A DNA stretch of 64,000 nucleotides from an uncultured virus (IMG/VR IMGVR_UViG_3300046820_000335) (Duplodnaviria > Heunggongvirae > Uroviricota > Caudoviricetes), in the IMG/VR virus record IMGVR_UViG_3300046820_000335; one strand, given 5' to 3'. Made by a program: the position numbers and the translations under genes. Below are positions 19,056-29,300 of the stretch, piece by piece (position 1 is the stretch's first letter; each line of letters opens with the position of its first letter). The notes under the pieces are model-generated. The model searched no databases. It saw nothing but the letters and a program-made list of their open reading frames with translations, and was not told where the DNA came from.

Positions 19056-19071
19056 GGTACAAGGAGAGCTA

Positions 19072-20124
19072 ATGGCTATTGGTCGTATTTCCGGGCCGCT
19101 CTTAAAGTCGAACCTCGTCAGAGATGGCGTGGACCTTGCCTTTGAGACCGACCTACTTTATCTTGATGTTGTTAACTCTCGAATTGGAGTTAACACATCC
19201 TCTCCAACAGCTGACTTAGATGTTAACGGCACTACCCGAACAACAACACTAACAGTAGACACCCAACTAGACGTAGGTAACTTCCATATATCTGGAAATA
19301 CTATTACTAGCGACCTCCAAACCATTTCCTTTCAACCGAGCGGTAATGAACCGACAATATATCACTCCCGACTACAGGTTGACGATATTGAGATTCAGGG
19401 CAATACAATTGCTACTACTGTATCAAATGCTAGTTTAGAGTTTAGGCCTAACGGCACAGGAACTTTAAATATTGTAGGAAACACAAACATTACAGGTAAC
19501 CTAGAAGTTACTGGTAGTATTTCGGCTACAGGAAATGTAACAATCGGTGGCAATATCACTATTGGTGACTCTTTAACAGACAACATTGTAATAAATGCCA
19601 GTATCCAAAGTAGTTTAATCCCGCAAACAGACAACACTTACGATCTAGGATCGGAAGCATTTCAGTGGAGGTCTGTTTACACAAATAATCTGTACGCTAA
19701 TACATTAAATCTTCCAACACTAAACATTGGAAACTTATTGTTTGGTAACAATGAAATCACCACCACTAGCGGATCGGATATATACATTGATGGCAACGGA
19801 ACTGGCGGTGTTAGAGTAGGTAACTTTAAGTTTGCAGACAACGTGATTACAAATATCACAGTTAATGCAGTAACACAGATTATTCATACTGGCAACGGCT
19901 ATTTTAAGATTTCAGGAACAAATGGTTTTGTTCCGCCAGTAGGAACAGAAGGTGAACGTCCAACTTCTTATGCTCCGGTCGGTATGACACGATACAACAC
20001 CGGTTCTAAGTCTTTAGAGATTTGGGACGGATTTACATGGGCAAGCCCTGCAGGTAGTTCTGGTGCTGTTAGCGAAACAGATGCTAATGAAATCGCAGCT
20101 ATCTATGCATTAATTTTAGGATAA
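19072..20124 (+). CDS. Virion structural protein
   Basis: MAIGRISGPLLKSNL; ITGNL.VTG beta-repeats; PVGT..ERP...GMTRYNT...LEIWDG motif; SD AAGGAG. Confidence 0.8.
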   Translation: MAIGRISGPLLKSNLVRDGVDLAFETDLLYLDVVNSRIGVNTSSPTADLDVNGTTRTTTLTVDTQLDVGNFHISGNTITSDLQTISFQPSGNEPTIYHSRLQVDDIEIQGNTIATTVSNASLEFRPNGTGTLNIVGNTNITGNLEVTGSISATGNVTIGGNITIGDSLTDNIVINASIQSSLIPQTDNTYDLGSEAFQWRSVYTNNLYANTLNLPTLNIGNLLFGNNEITTTSGSDIYIDGNGTGGVRVGNFKFADNVITNITVNAVTQIIHTGNGYFKISGTNGFVPPVGTEGERPTSYAPVGMTRYNTGSKSLEIWDGFTWASPAGSSGAVSETDANEIAAIYALILG

Positions 20125-20128
20125 TAAA

Positions 20129-20461
20129 ATGCCAACCGTATTTAGAATGGTAACTTCAACAGAAATAGGTACAGTTCCGACAGATGTTCTGCAGATTGCA
20201 GAAGGTGTTAGAGCTACAGTTATTGGTTGTAATCTAGCAAACACAACTGTGTATGATACTGTTAACGTAAATGTTTATATTGTAGATGAAAACAGTACCG
20301 CAGCACTGTTTGTTAAAAACGTTATCATACCTCCGAACACCGCAGTTAAACTGATAACGGGCGGCGAAAAACTTATTTTACCGGAAACTTCTGGTTTAAG
20401 AATTGACAGCAGCGTTGAAAACAGTGTTGACGCAGTTGTTAGCTATGTTGAGATATCATAA
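20129..20461 (+). CDS. Small beta-sandwich structural protein
   Basis: ATVIGCNLAN...IPPNT...GEKLIL...DAVVSYVEI pattern of small phage structural proteins. Confidence 0.75.
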   Translation: MPTVFRMVTSTEIGTVPTDVLQIAEGVRATVIGCNLANTTVYDTVNVNVYIVDENSTAALFVKNVIIPPNTAVKLITGGEKLILPETSGLRIDSSVENSVDAVVSYVEIS

Positions 20462-20472
20462 GGAGCCATTAG

Positions 20473-20835
20473 ATGTCATATTTTGGTAGAACACCTGCAG
20501 ACATATTGGGAGATAGTCCTCAGTATTTTTATGCACTAAGAAGAAACGATGATGGCGAACTATATTTTGTACGCAGTGACCAGTTAACAGACAATGATAC
20601 AGTTGAAATAAATTTACCCGGTGCATCTGCTGAAAACTTTGATGACTTTGAAGCAGGAGTTGACTTCTTTGAAGGAATCGACGATACTCACAATGTTGTA
20701 TTTGCTAACATGAGATATCCACAATATCGCTGGGATAATAGAAGTATGTTGTATTACATTGACGATCAAGGACGATTAGTACAACGGATTAACAAAACAT
20801 ATACATACCCAGAGGGTATTTCATCAGATAACTAA
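20473..20835 (+). CDS. Hypothetical structural protein
   Basis: SD TAAGGAG; FYALRR.DDGELY ... QYRWD...YYIDDQGRLVQRIN. Confidence 0.75.
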   Translation: MSYFGRTPADILGDSPQYFYALRRNDDGELYFVRSDQLTDNDTVEINLPGASAENFDDFEAGVDFFEGIDDTHNVVFANMRYPQYRWDNRSMLYYIDDQGRLVQRINKTYTYPEGISSDN

Positions 20836-20847
20836 ACGGAATAAAAC

Positions 20848-23800
20848 ATGGCAGAGTTTAAGATTAGTAAATTTGCGTACACTTGGAAAGGAAACTGGAC
20901 AAACGGTACTGCATATATCAGAGACGACATAGTTCGTTATAACGGTAAGTCTTACGTCTGTGTAAGACAGCATACAGCTGATGCAGATTTTTATACCGAC
21001 CTTTATTTTGTTTTTCCAGGCGATACTGCACAAAGTCCAGCATGGGTAAAAATGACCGATGGTTATGAATGGACCGGCGATTGGACTCCTAATACAAAAT
21101 ATGGTCTCGGAGATATTGTTTCCTATGGCGGAAATATCTACCTTGTGGTTTCGGACTTTACATCAACAACAGTTTTTGATGATAATCTGTTAGATTTAAC
21201 TATCTATTCCGCAGGGCAATCTTGGACTAACGATTGGACTCCTGCTACTAGATATGGCATTGGTGATATTGCAAAGTATAATGGTATTGTTTATCGTTGC
21301 ATCACTGGACACACTTCGGGCACTGTTACTACTGGATTAGAAAATGATCAATCAAAATGGTCAGTTTATTTCAGTGGCATTGAGTTTAAGGGTAGTTGGG
21401 CAACAGCTACACGTTACAAAGCTAATGATCTTGTAAAGTATGGTGGCACAATCTTAAGATGTACAACAGGTCATACAAGCAGCACAACAATAACAAGTTC
21501 CTATTGGTCAACAGAGTTTCCTGGTTATAACTTTGCAGGTGATTGGGCAGCAGATACACAATATGCAATAGGCGATCTTGTTAGACACGGCGGATATTTG
21601 TATTACAGTACAACAAATAATGCCAACATTGCCCCCGGCGACATTGATATCGGCTATGCCAACTGGAATGTAGTTTCTAAAGGAGTAAACTTTAAAGGAG
21701 AGTGGGATTCTGCTCTTCAATATAAGACTGGCGATGTTGTAAAACGTGGAGGTCAACTGTTTATAGCGACTCAAGATTCAGTTACTGATGGTAGTACATT
21801 AGATTATCTTGACAGCAGTAACTGGGAAGTAGTCATTCCCGGAGACAACTGGAGAAACTACTGGAATTCAAGCGAACACTATGCAGTAGGCGATATAGTT
21901 ATACTTGACGGATCTACCTACAGATGTACCGTCGAACATGATGCCGACACTCAAAATCTTCCAGGCGACAATGGTTCTGGTTACAACTATTGGGATTTGT
22001 TAGTTCAGGCAGGCCCAAATACTGGTCTAAGATCTTTAGGTGACCTATTAACATACGACCTTCAAAGAACATTGCAAGGTGACGGAAGTACTCTAGGCGC
22101 TACTGCTGTTGAAATCGGTAACAGTAAAGAAATATTAACTATTGATGAAAACGATAGTCTTTACTATAAGTCTTTCAACAACATTACTAGAGGTCGATTT
22201 GTTGCTCCTAACGGAGTTGACAGTGTTGAACGTGGCGGCAGTCCGTTTAAGCCATGGAAAACTATTCGATATGCATGTGAACAGGTTGAAAAAGACAACT
22301 ACAGTGGTTTTACAAACATTCATATTAGTACAGGTGTATACGAAGAAATATTACCTATCATTGTTCCTGCAAGAACAGCTCTTGTTGGATCAAAGCAAAC
22401 TGGTGATTTAAGAGCTGTAACTGTTACAGCAAACAGTCCAATAGCTGCATTGGCTAATGATTCGTCATATTCAATCGATGTATTGTTAAGAATGAGAGAA
22501 CTGATTCCTGATATTATTACAGGTATTGAAGTATTACCTACAGAAGGCAATACAGAAACTCAAGTTCTTTCCGATGAACTTGCTGACGAAGCTACTAGCC
22601 AAGTAGTTAGAGAACTAATCGACAACATTATCGATTATATTACTTTCTACGTCGATGGTACTGGAACAAAACCAGAAACATCCGGATCAAACGATTTCAC
22701 TACAGAAACTGTTAGAATATCCGCAGCAACATTAATAGAAGACAACATTTCATTTTTAGCTGAAGAAGGGGTTGCATTTATGCAGTTCTTCTACCCTAAC
22801 TATGTATTTGATTCAGACCTCTGCCGCAGAGACACAACTAGATACCTTGAAGCACTAGTACACGACTTGCAGTACACAGGCAACTATAAATCTTTAATGG
22901 CTGCTAGATACTATAAGAATGCTGTGCTCGGATCTGCACTAGAAGATATGTTCTATGTAAGAGACTCAACAGGTGTTAGAAATATGACACTAAAAGGATT
23001 GAACGGTGAGTTAGAATCTTCAGTGTCTTACAGCTTATTTTTTAAACCAACTGGCGGAGCATATGTTTCTCTAGATCCAGGTTGGGGCCCAGCCGATGAG
23101 CGTACTTGGATTACTTCAAGATCGTGTTATGTTCAAAACGTTACTACCTTTGGTTATGCTGCTGTTGGTCAAAAGATTGACGGGTCATTGCATAATGGCG
23201 GCAATAAATCCATTGTATCTAACGACTTTACGCAGGTTATCAGCGACGGTATCGGAGCATGGGTCCTAAACGATGGTCGTGCAGAACTTGTTTCTGTATT
23301 CACATATTATTCTCAAGTAGGATACCTAGCAGAGAACGGTGGTAAGATTCGTGCAACTAACGGTAATAACAGTTATGGAGTATTTGGATCTGTTGCAGTT
23401 GGTAACGATCCATTAGAAACTCCAAGATCCGGTTCAGTTAATAACAGAAATCAAGAAGCATCAGTTATTGCAGCATTTGCCGGTGAAGTAAATGACGAAA
23501 TTCTGATCATGGAGTTTGAAAACGCCGGACAAAACTACACAGAAGCTACATATTCTATTATTGGTTCTGGTGCAACAGCAGATGTTGTACAAGAAGATTT
23601 TAGAGACAAAGCGATATTTTATCCAAAGTTAGTTAATCCTCAGGATTCATCTATTGCAGGTGGTGCAGGATTTGTTATTGCAGGAAATAACGCTCAGGGT
23701 GGCGATAGTTCCGGAATGATTGTTATCGCAACCAATGATCCAAATGAAGAAGCTAACTATTTAGGAATGAGATTAATCATTACTTCTGGTACTGGTACTG

Positions 23801-26313
23801 GACAATACGGTGTTATCACAAGCTATAACACCAGTACTAAGGTTGTTACAGTTAAGAGAGAAACAGATGATCAACCGGGATGGGATCATGTAACTCCGGG
23901 ATGGCCGTTGGCTACTGTATTTGATAGTTCAACAACCTATAGAATTGAACCAAGATTGATTGTTAGTGCTCCCCCATATAACTCTTCACAGCCTTTGCTA
24001 CCAGTAAGCACGTATTGGGCTGGTATAGCATGGGGTGAAACTACAGAATCGTTTACTAATGTGCTCGGTGATGCTGGTACAGGTACAACTATTGATTTTC
24101 CACCTTCTACAGCAGCGTTTAACGTTACTAAGACTGGTAGAACTTACACAGTTGTTAGTGGCGGATCTACAGGCGCAGGCTATGCAGTTGGACAGACTAT
24201 AACTTTATTAGGCGAAGACGTTGGCGGAGTAACTCCAGATAACAACATTACTATAACAGTAACTTCTATATCCAACGACAGTACTAACTCTATTACAGGA
24301 TTTACCTATACTGGACATGCAGCTAGCGGACGATTTGTTATTACACCATCAACTGGAACCAGTGCTGTAGCATCGTCGGATGGTGTAACATGGGTAGATG
24401 CTACTATGCCTTCTAGTAGAAACTGGAAGTGTGTTGCCGGTGGCGGCAACAAGTTTGTAGCTATTGCCTACGGTGCTGCCGCAGCAGCAAGTTCTAATGA
24501 CGGTTTAACATGGACCGCAAGATCTATTGCTTCAAGAAACTGGAACTCTGTAATATATGCAGAAGGAAAGTTTTTAGCAGTTTCTGGTAACTTGAATAGC
24601 GTGGGCATTAGTACTAACGGTACAACTTGGACCGTATCAAATAGTTTACCAACAGCACCTGACTCAACTATCAACGAATGGGTCGATGTAACCTACGGTA
24701 AGAGTAGATTTGTAGCTATTGCAAACAGTGGAAATATGTGTGCAGTGTCTACAGACGGTGGCGCATCGTGGACTGGTTACATTATGGACGTGATTGCAGA
24801 CTCTAGTCAACGAGATTGGGTAGGTGTTTCTTACGGTAACAATAGATTTGTAGCAATAACTAGTCAGGGTGATGCCGCATATAGCTTTGATGGCATTGAG
24901 TGGTATGCAGCAACTATGCCAACACCAGACGGATCAACAAAAATGAACTGGAAACGTGTTAGACACGCTAACGGTGTATTCTTAGCAGTATGTGATACTG
25001 GAGGAGTTGACGTTGCAGGAGATCCTACATCTGGCCCGACAACATTTGCAGCAACGTCCGAAGACGGCATTTACTGGACAGGCAGAACGTTAACTACAGA
25101 ATTAAACTGGATTGATGCAGCATATGGTAATCCAGATGTAACCTTAGACGATTCTACAATCAGAGATATCAGTAATAATACACCAACTTGGATTTTGATC
25201 AGCAGCGATCAGACAGATAAAGTTAATAAAGTTAATGTTGGCTCTACATTCAAAGGTAGATTAGACATTGCTAGCGGCAGAATTGGTGGAATTAAGATTT
25301 GGGATCCGGGTTCTGGATACACCGAAGCACCTACTGTTGAAATATTTGACCCTAACAAGTCCACAGATCCTTATTTTGATATGAGAATTGGAGACGGAGT
25401 ATTGGGACAACCTAGCTGGTTAAACAGAGGTGTTGGATATAAGACCTCAACAACTAGAGTTACAATCTCAGGTGATGGATTTGCAGATATGATTCCTGCA
25501 AATAGATACATTACATTGAGCGATTTGAGTGGTTATCCTGGACCAGGAGCTCAGCTAAGATTTGACGGTAATGATCAAATCTATACTGCTGTTGTTATTA
25601 CACCTTTGTTGAATGTAAACGGAGGTGGCTTGTCAGCCTACATTCAGTTGAGTCCTAACTTTAACACAGACAATGGCCCAACACACGGAACATTTGTAGA
25701 AGTTAGAGAGAGATATAGTCAATGTCGTATTACAGGACATGACTTCTTAGACATTGGATCTGGAAACTTTGACGAAACTAACTATCCTACTCTTTACTCA
25801 ACAGGACAATTCTTCTCTGCTCCTGAAAATGAAGTAGCAGAGTTTAACGGAGGTCGTGTATTTTACACAAGTACTGACCAAAGTGGTAACTTTAGAGCAG
25901 GTGAACTGTTTGCAGTTGAACAGGCCACTGGTGTTGTAACTATTAGTGCAGACTATTTTGATCTAAACGGACTATCTGAACTACGTTTAGGTGGTGTTAG
26001 GTTAGGAGGTTCGGGCGCAGTAGTTAGAGAGTTTTCAACAGATCCGCTGTTCACAGCAGATAGTAATAATATCATTCCTACACAACGAGCTATTAAGTCT
26101 TATTTGGCCAATAGACTAAGTGTTGGTGGATCAGATATTGCTACAGCTAGTTTTATTGCTGGTTTGGTTAAGGTAGGTCCTAACTTGATTACAAATACTA
26201 TTGGTGGGTCAGTAGTGATTCCAGTAGTTGCAAACTTTGATGGTGCGCAAGCTGGTATTAATGGAACAATGTTAGCACAATCTATGTTCTACAGGTCTTT
26301 CAAACATAGATAA
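20848..26313 (+). CDS. Giant multidomain tail/fibre protein (1821 aa)
   Basis: Seven N-terminal W...T.Y..GD.V.Y.G..Y.C...H repeats (CBM5/12-like), one C-x-R-D helical repeat, a beta-helix-like segment and Asp-box/BNR-like S.DG.TW repeats; paralogue of 26350..33897. Confidence 0.8.
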   Translation: MAEFKISKFAYTWKGNWTNGTAYIRDDIVRYNGKSYVCVRQHTADADFYTDLYFVFPGDTAQSPAWVKMTDGYEWTGDWTPNTKYGLGDIVSYGGNIYLVVSDFTSTTVFDDNLLDLTIYSAGQSWTNDWTPATRYGIGDIAKYNGIVYRCITGHTSGTVTTGLENDQSKWSVYFSGIEFKGSWATATRYKANDLVKYGGTILRCTTGHTSSTTITSSYWSTEFPGYNFAGDWAADTQYAIGDLVRHGGYLYYSTTNNANIAPGDIDIGYANWNVVSKGVNFKGEWDSALQYKTGDVVKRGGQLFIATQDSVTDGSTLDYLDSSNWEVVIPGDNWRNYWNSSEHYAVGDIVILDGSTYRCTVEHDADTQNLPGDNGSGYNYWDLLVQAGPNTGLRSLGDLLTYDLQRTLQGDGSTLGATAVEIGNSKEILTIDENDSLYYKSFNNITRGRFVAPNGVDSVERGGSPFKPWKTIRYACEQVEKDNYSGFTNIHISTGVYEEILPIIVPARTALVGSKQTGDLRAVTVTANSPIAALANDSSYSIDVLLRMRELIPDIITGIEVLPTEGNTETQVLSDELADEATSQVVRELIDNIIDYITFYVDGTGTKPETSGSNDFTTETVRISAATLIEDNISFLAEEGVAFMQFFYPNYVFDSDLCRRDTTRYLEALVHDLQYTGNYKSLMAARYYKNAVLGSALEDMFYVRDSTGVRNMTLKGLNGELESSVSYSLFFKPTGGAYVSLDPGWGPADERTWITSRSCYVQNVTTFGYAAVGQKIDGSLHNGGNKSIVSNDFTQVISDGIGAWVLNDGRAELVSVFTYYSQVGYLAENGGKIRATNGNNSYGVFGSVAVGNDPLETPRSGSVNNRNQEASVIAAFAGEVNDEILIMEFENAGQNYTEATYSIIGSGATADVVQEDFRDKAIFYPKLVNPQDSSIAGGAGFVIAGNNAQGGDSSGMIVIATNDPNEEANYLGMRLIITSGTGTGQYGVITSYNTSTKVVTVKRETDDQPGWDHVTPGWPLATVFDSSTTYRIEPRLIVSAPPYNSSQPLLPVSTYWAGIAWGETTESFTNVLGDAGTGTTIDFPPSTAAFNVTKTGRTYTVVSGGSTGAGYAVGQTITLLGEDVGGVTPDNNITITVTSISNDSTNSITGFTYTGHAASGRFVITPSTGTSAVASSDGVTWVDATMPSSRNWKCVAGGGNKFVAIAYGAAAAASSNDGLTWTARSIASRNWNSVIYAEGKFLAVSGNLNSVGISTNGTTWTVSNSLPTAPDSTINEWVDVTYGKSRFVAIANSGNMCAVSTDGGASWTGYIMDVIADSSQRDWVGVSYGNNRFVAITSQGDAAYSFDGIEWYAATMPTPDGSTKMNWKRVRHANGVFLAVCDTGGVDVAGDPTSGPTTFAATSEDGIYWTGRTLTTELNWIDAAYGNPDVTLDDSTIRDISNNTPTWILISSDQTDKVNKVNVGSTFKGRLDIASGRIGGIKIWDPGSGYTEAPTVEIFDPNKSTDPYFDMRIGDGVLGQPSWLNRGVGYKTSTTRVTISGDGFADMIPANRYITLSDLSGYPGPGAQLRFDGNDQIYTAVVITPLLNVNGGGLSAYIQLSPNFNTDNGPTHGTFVEVRERYSQCRITGHDFLDIGSGNFDETNYPTLYSTGQFFSAPENEVAEFNGGRVFYTSTDQSGNFRAGELFAVEQATGVVTISADYFDLNGLSELRLGGVRLGGSGAVVREFSTDPLFTADSNNIIPTQRAIKSYLANRLSVGGSDIATASFIAGLVKVGPNLITNTIGGSVVIPVVANFDGAQAGINGTMLAQSMFYRSFKHR
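23062..23111 (+). repeat. 50-bp exact repeat, copy 1 (copy 2 at 30637..30686)
   Basis: TATGTTTCTCTAGATCCAGGTTGGGGCCCAGCCGATGAGCGTACTTGGAT is identical in both giant paralogues. Confidence 0.9.
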
Positions 26314-26322
26314 TATTTGGGT

Positions 26323-26330
26323 GATAAATA
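26323..26330 (+). promoter_or_regulatory. Late promoter box (GATAAATA)
   Basis: Intergenic, upstream of SD GGAG and the ATG at 26350. Confidence 0.6.
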
Positions 26331-26349
26331 ACGTATACGGAGTATATAA

Positions 26350-29300
26350 ATGGCAGAATTTAAATTAGGTAGAATTAGATTTGTGTGGAAAGGCGACTGG
26401 GTCGCTAGCACATCTTATTACAAAGATGACGTAATCAGATTTGGTGGTAACACCTATATCTGTACCGTAGGTCATGTCGCAGATTCTAACTTCTATACAG
26501 ATCTTGACTTTGTTCCAACTAAATGGAATCAAATGACCGCTGGTCAAGAATGGAAAGATGTATGGACTACATCCACATTCTATAAACTAGGCGATCTAGT
26601 AAAATACGGCGGCACTGTCTACGTTACTAACGAATCTCATACTTCTGCCGCAACAGCTACTCTTGGTTTAGAACAAGATCTTGCCAAGTGGGATGTGTTT
26701 GCTGAAGGATTTGATTGGAAAGATACATGGGCTACAGGCACACGTTACAAGCCTAACGATCTTGTAAAGTACGGTGGTATTACATATGTATGTAACACCG
26801 GCCACACATCTGCTGCAACTACTCTATTGGGACTAGAAGATCACCAATCTAACTGGGACGAGTTCAACGAAGGTTTACAGTATCGCGGCGATTGGAGTGG
26901 TTCATCCATCCGTTACAGAGTTAATGATGTTGTTAAGTACGGTGCTGGTACATGGATTTGTATTGCTGCACACGTTTCTACCGGAACTTTTGCTACAGAC
27001 GAAGCTAACTGGAATCAGTTTAACGAAGGCGTAGAGTTTGGCGGTGACTGGAGTTCAGCAACAACTTATCAACCTGGCGATGTTGTTCGCTACGGTGGTA
27101 ACCAGTATGTTGCAAAAACAAATCATGTTAACTCTGTTCCAACAACTGGAACAACTGACTGGGATTTGTTCTCAGAAGGATTTAGATATTACAATGACTG
27201 GTCTAACTCTACCTCATACAAGATTGGTAGTGTTGTTAGACTAAATGGTCACACTTATCTTGCCAAAGCAGATTCTCCTAGAACTGCAATAACTGTAACA
27301 GCTAGTTCGTCATCTACAAATAGATTCACTACATCTGCTACAACTGGTATGGTAGCTGGTATGACTATTATGTTTACCGGAACAACTTTCGGTAATGTCT
27401 TACCAAACGCACATTATTATGTAAAATCAGTAATCAGTCTAACTGAATTTACTATTACTACAACACCTGCCGGAGCAACATTTACACCGAGTACTGGTTC
27501 AGGGTCAATGGGTGGTTTGGCCGCAGCAATGCCTCCTAACACAACCTATTGGGAAAAACTAAGTGCAGGTATCAAATGGTTAGGCGAGTGGACTGATGAT
27601 GTTGAATATCACCTAGGTGACATTGTAAGATACGGTTCTAATGCCTATATCTGTATTAACGATCATCATTCTGAAGGTGATGACGGATCTACAATCGGCG
27701 CACAAGGCGGCGGAGCAGCTTTAAGCAGACCCGATCGTGACAGTACTGGAACATACTGGAACATTTTCTCAGTCGGAGACGAAACTGATCTATTAACAAC
27801 ACGTGGTGATTTAGTCTACTTCGGCGGCGCTGGTCCTACAAGACTACCAGTCGGTATTGAAGGTCAAGTTTTAACTGTTAGTGAATCTTTAATTCCAGAG
27901 TGGACAACACTAGGTAAAGTTGATCAAGTTTATTTTGTTGCTAACCACGGAACCGATGGTACAGCACCAGTACACGGACTTACGCTTGATAAGCCGTGGG
28001 CAAGTATTCGCTATGCTTGTGAACAGTTAGAAAAAGGTCCACGTAATCCTGATGCAGCTCGTTTACTTGAACTTAACCGACCATTTATTCAACGCGAAAT
28101 CGTTGAATGGATTGACTATCAAGTTACTAACGGCCTAACACCATTTACTGTTGGATTTACATATGATGATAACAAGTGCGAACGTGATATGGGATTCATT
28201 GTTGATTCTCTGATACACGATATTCGCCATGGCGGTAACCAAAAATCTAGAGATGCAGCATTAAGCTATGTAAACGATGCTCCAAGAGTATATACACTTG
28301 GTCAAGAGGCTGAAACAGTTGCAGCTATTAACTATGGTTTATCTGTTATTGCTAATGTACTTGCACAAGAATCTCCATCAACAATCTATCAAATAGAAAA
28401 TGGTGACAACTCAACAGCCATCGTTGCACAATGGACAGACGCTAGTATTGCAGCTGAAACTGGAGTATTATCGGACATCACTGGATTAGTCGGAATCATC
28501 ACAGATGCTATTACAGCAGGAGTTGATGATAATGTTCCTGCACAATACATTCCATCTAAAGTGATCGAAGTTAAAACAGGACGCTATAGAGAAGTTCTTC
28601 CAATCATTGTTCCAGCCGAAACTTGTATTCTGGGTGACGAAGTTCGTTCCACAAACGCAGGTCCAAGAGGCGCTACAACAAGCATTTTTGATGCAAAGTA
28701 TTCTATGGGCGCATTGTCTAGATTAGAATCAGTTGTTGGTGATATTATCACTGGAGCAACGGTTACAAAGACATCTGGAAATGCAGAATCTCAAGTTAAG
28801 TTATTCCCATACGGCGACACATCTGAATCTACACTGGCTAAGAGATTAGTTCGTGCTGTGCAGACTAATGTAGACTTCCGCTTAGGAACTATGATTGGAG
28901 CATCATATCCAGATCCAACTAACTATAACACTAGCTATTTGGTAGGTTATGGTAATTCTAGAAAAAATATTAAAGAAAACAAAGGCTATTTCCAAGAACA
29001 GGTTGTAGCTTTCCTAGCAGAACAATATCCAGGTGTTAAGTACAGCACTACTGCATGTAAGAGAGACGTTGGATATATTGTTGATGCATTGATTTATGAT
29101 TTAACCTACGGCGGATACACACAAAGTATTAACGCAGGTCTAGCATATTTCGACGGTGTTGACGGCGCTATGATGATTGACTCTGAAGAGATAACTGCAA
29201 CTGTTGCAGCCTATAACTTCTTGAAAGAGATGTTAGGAGAAGCAGCGCAGGCAATCAGCACAGGCGGGTATGCTACAGATGCAGTTCAGTTCAAAGACAC

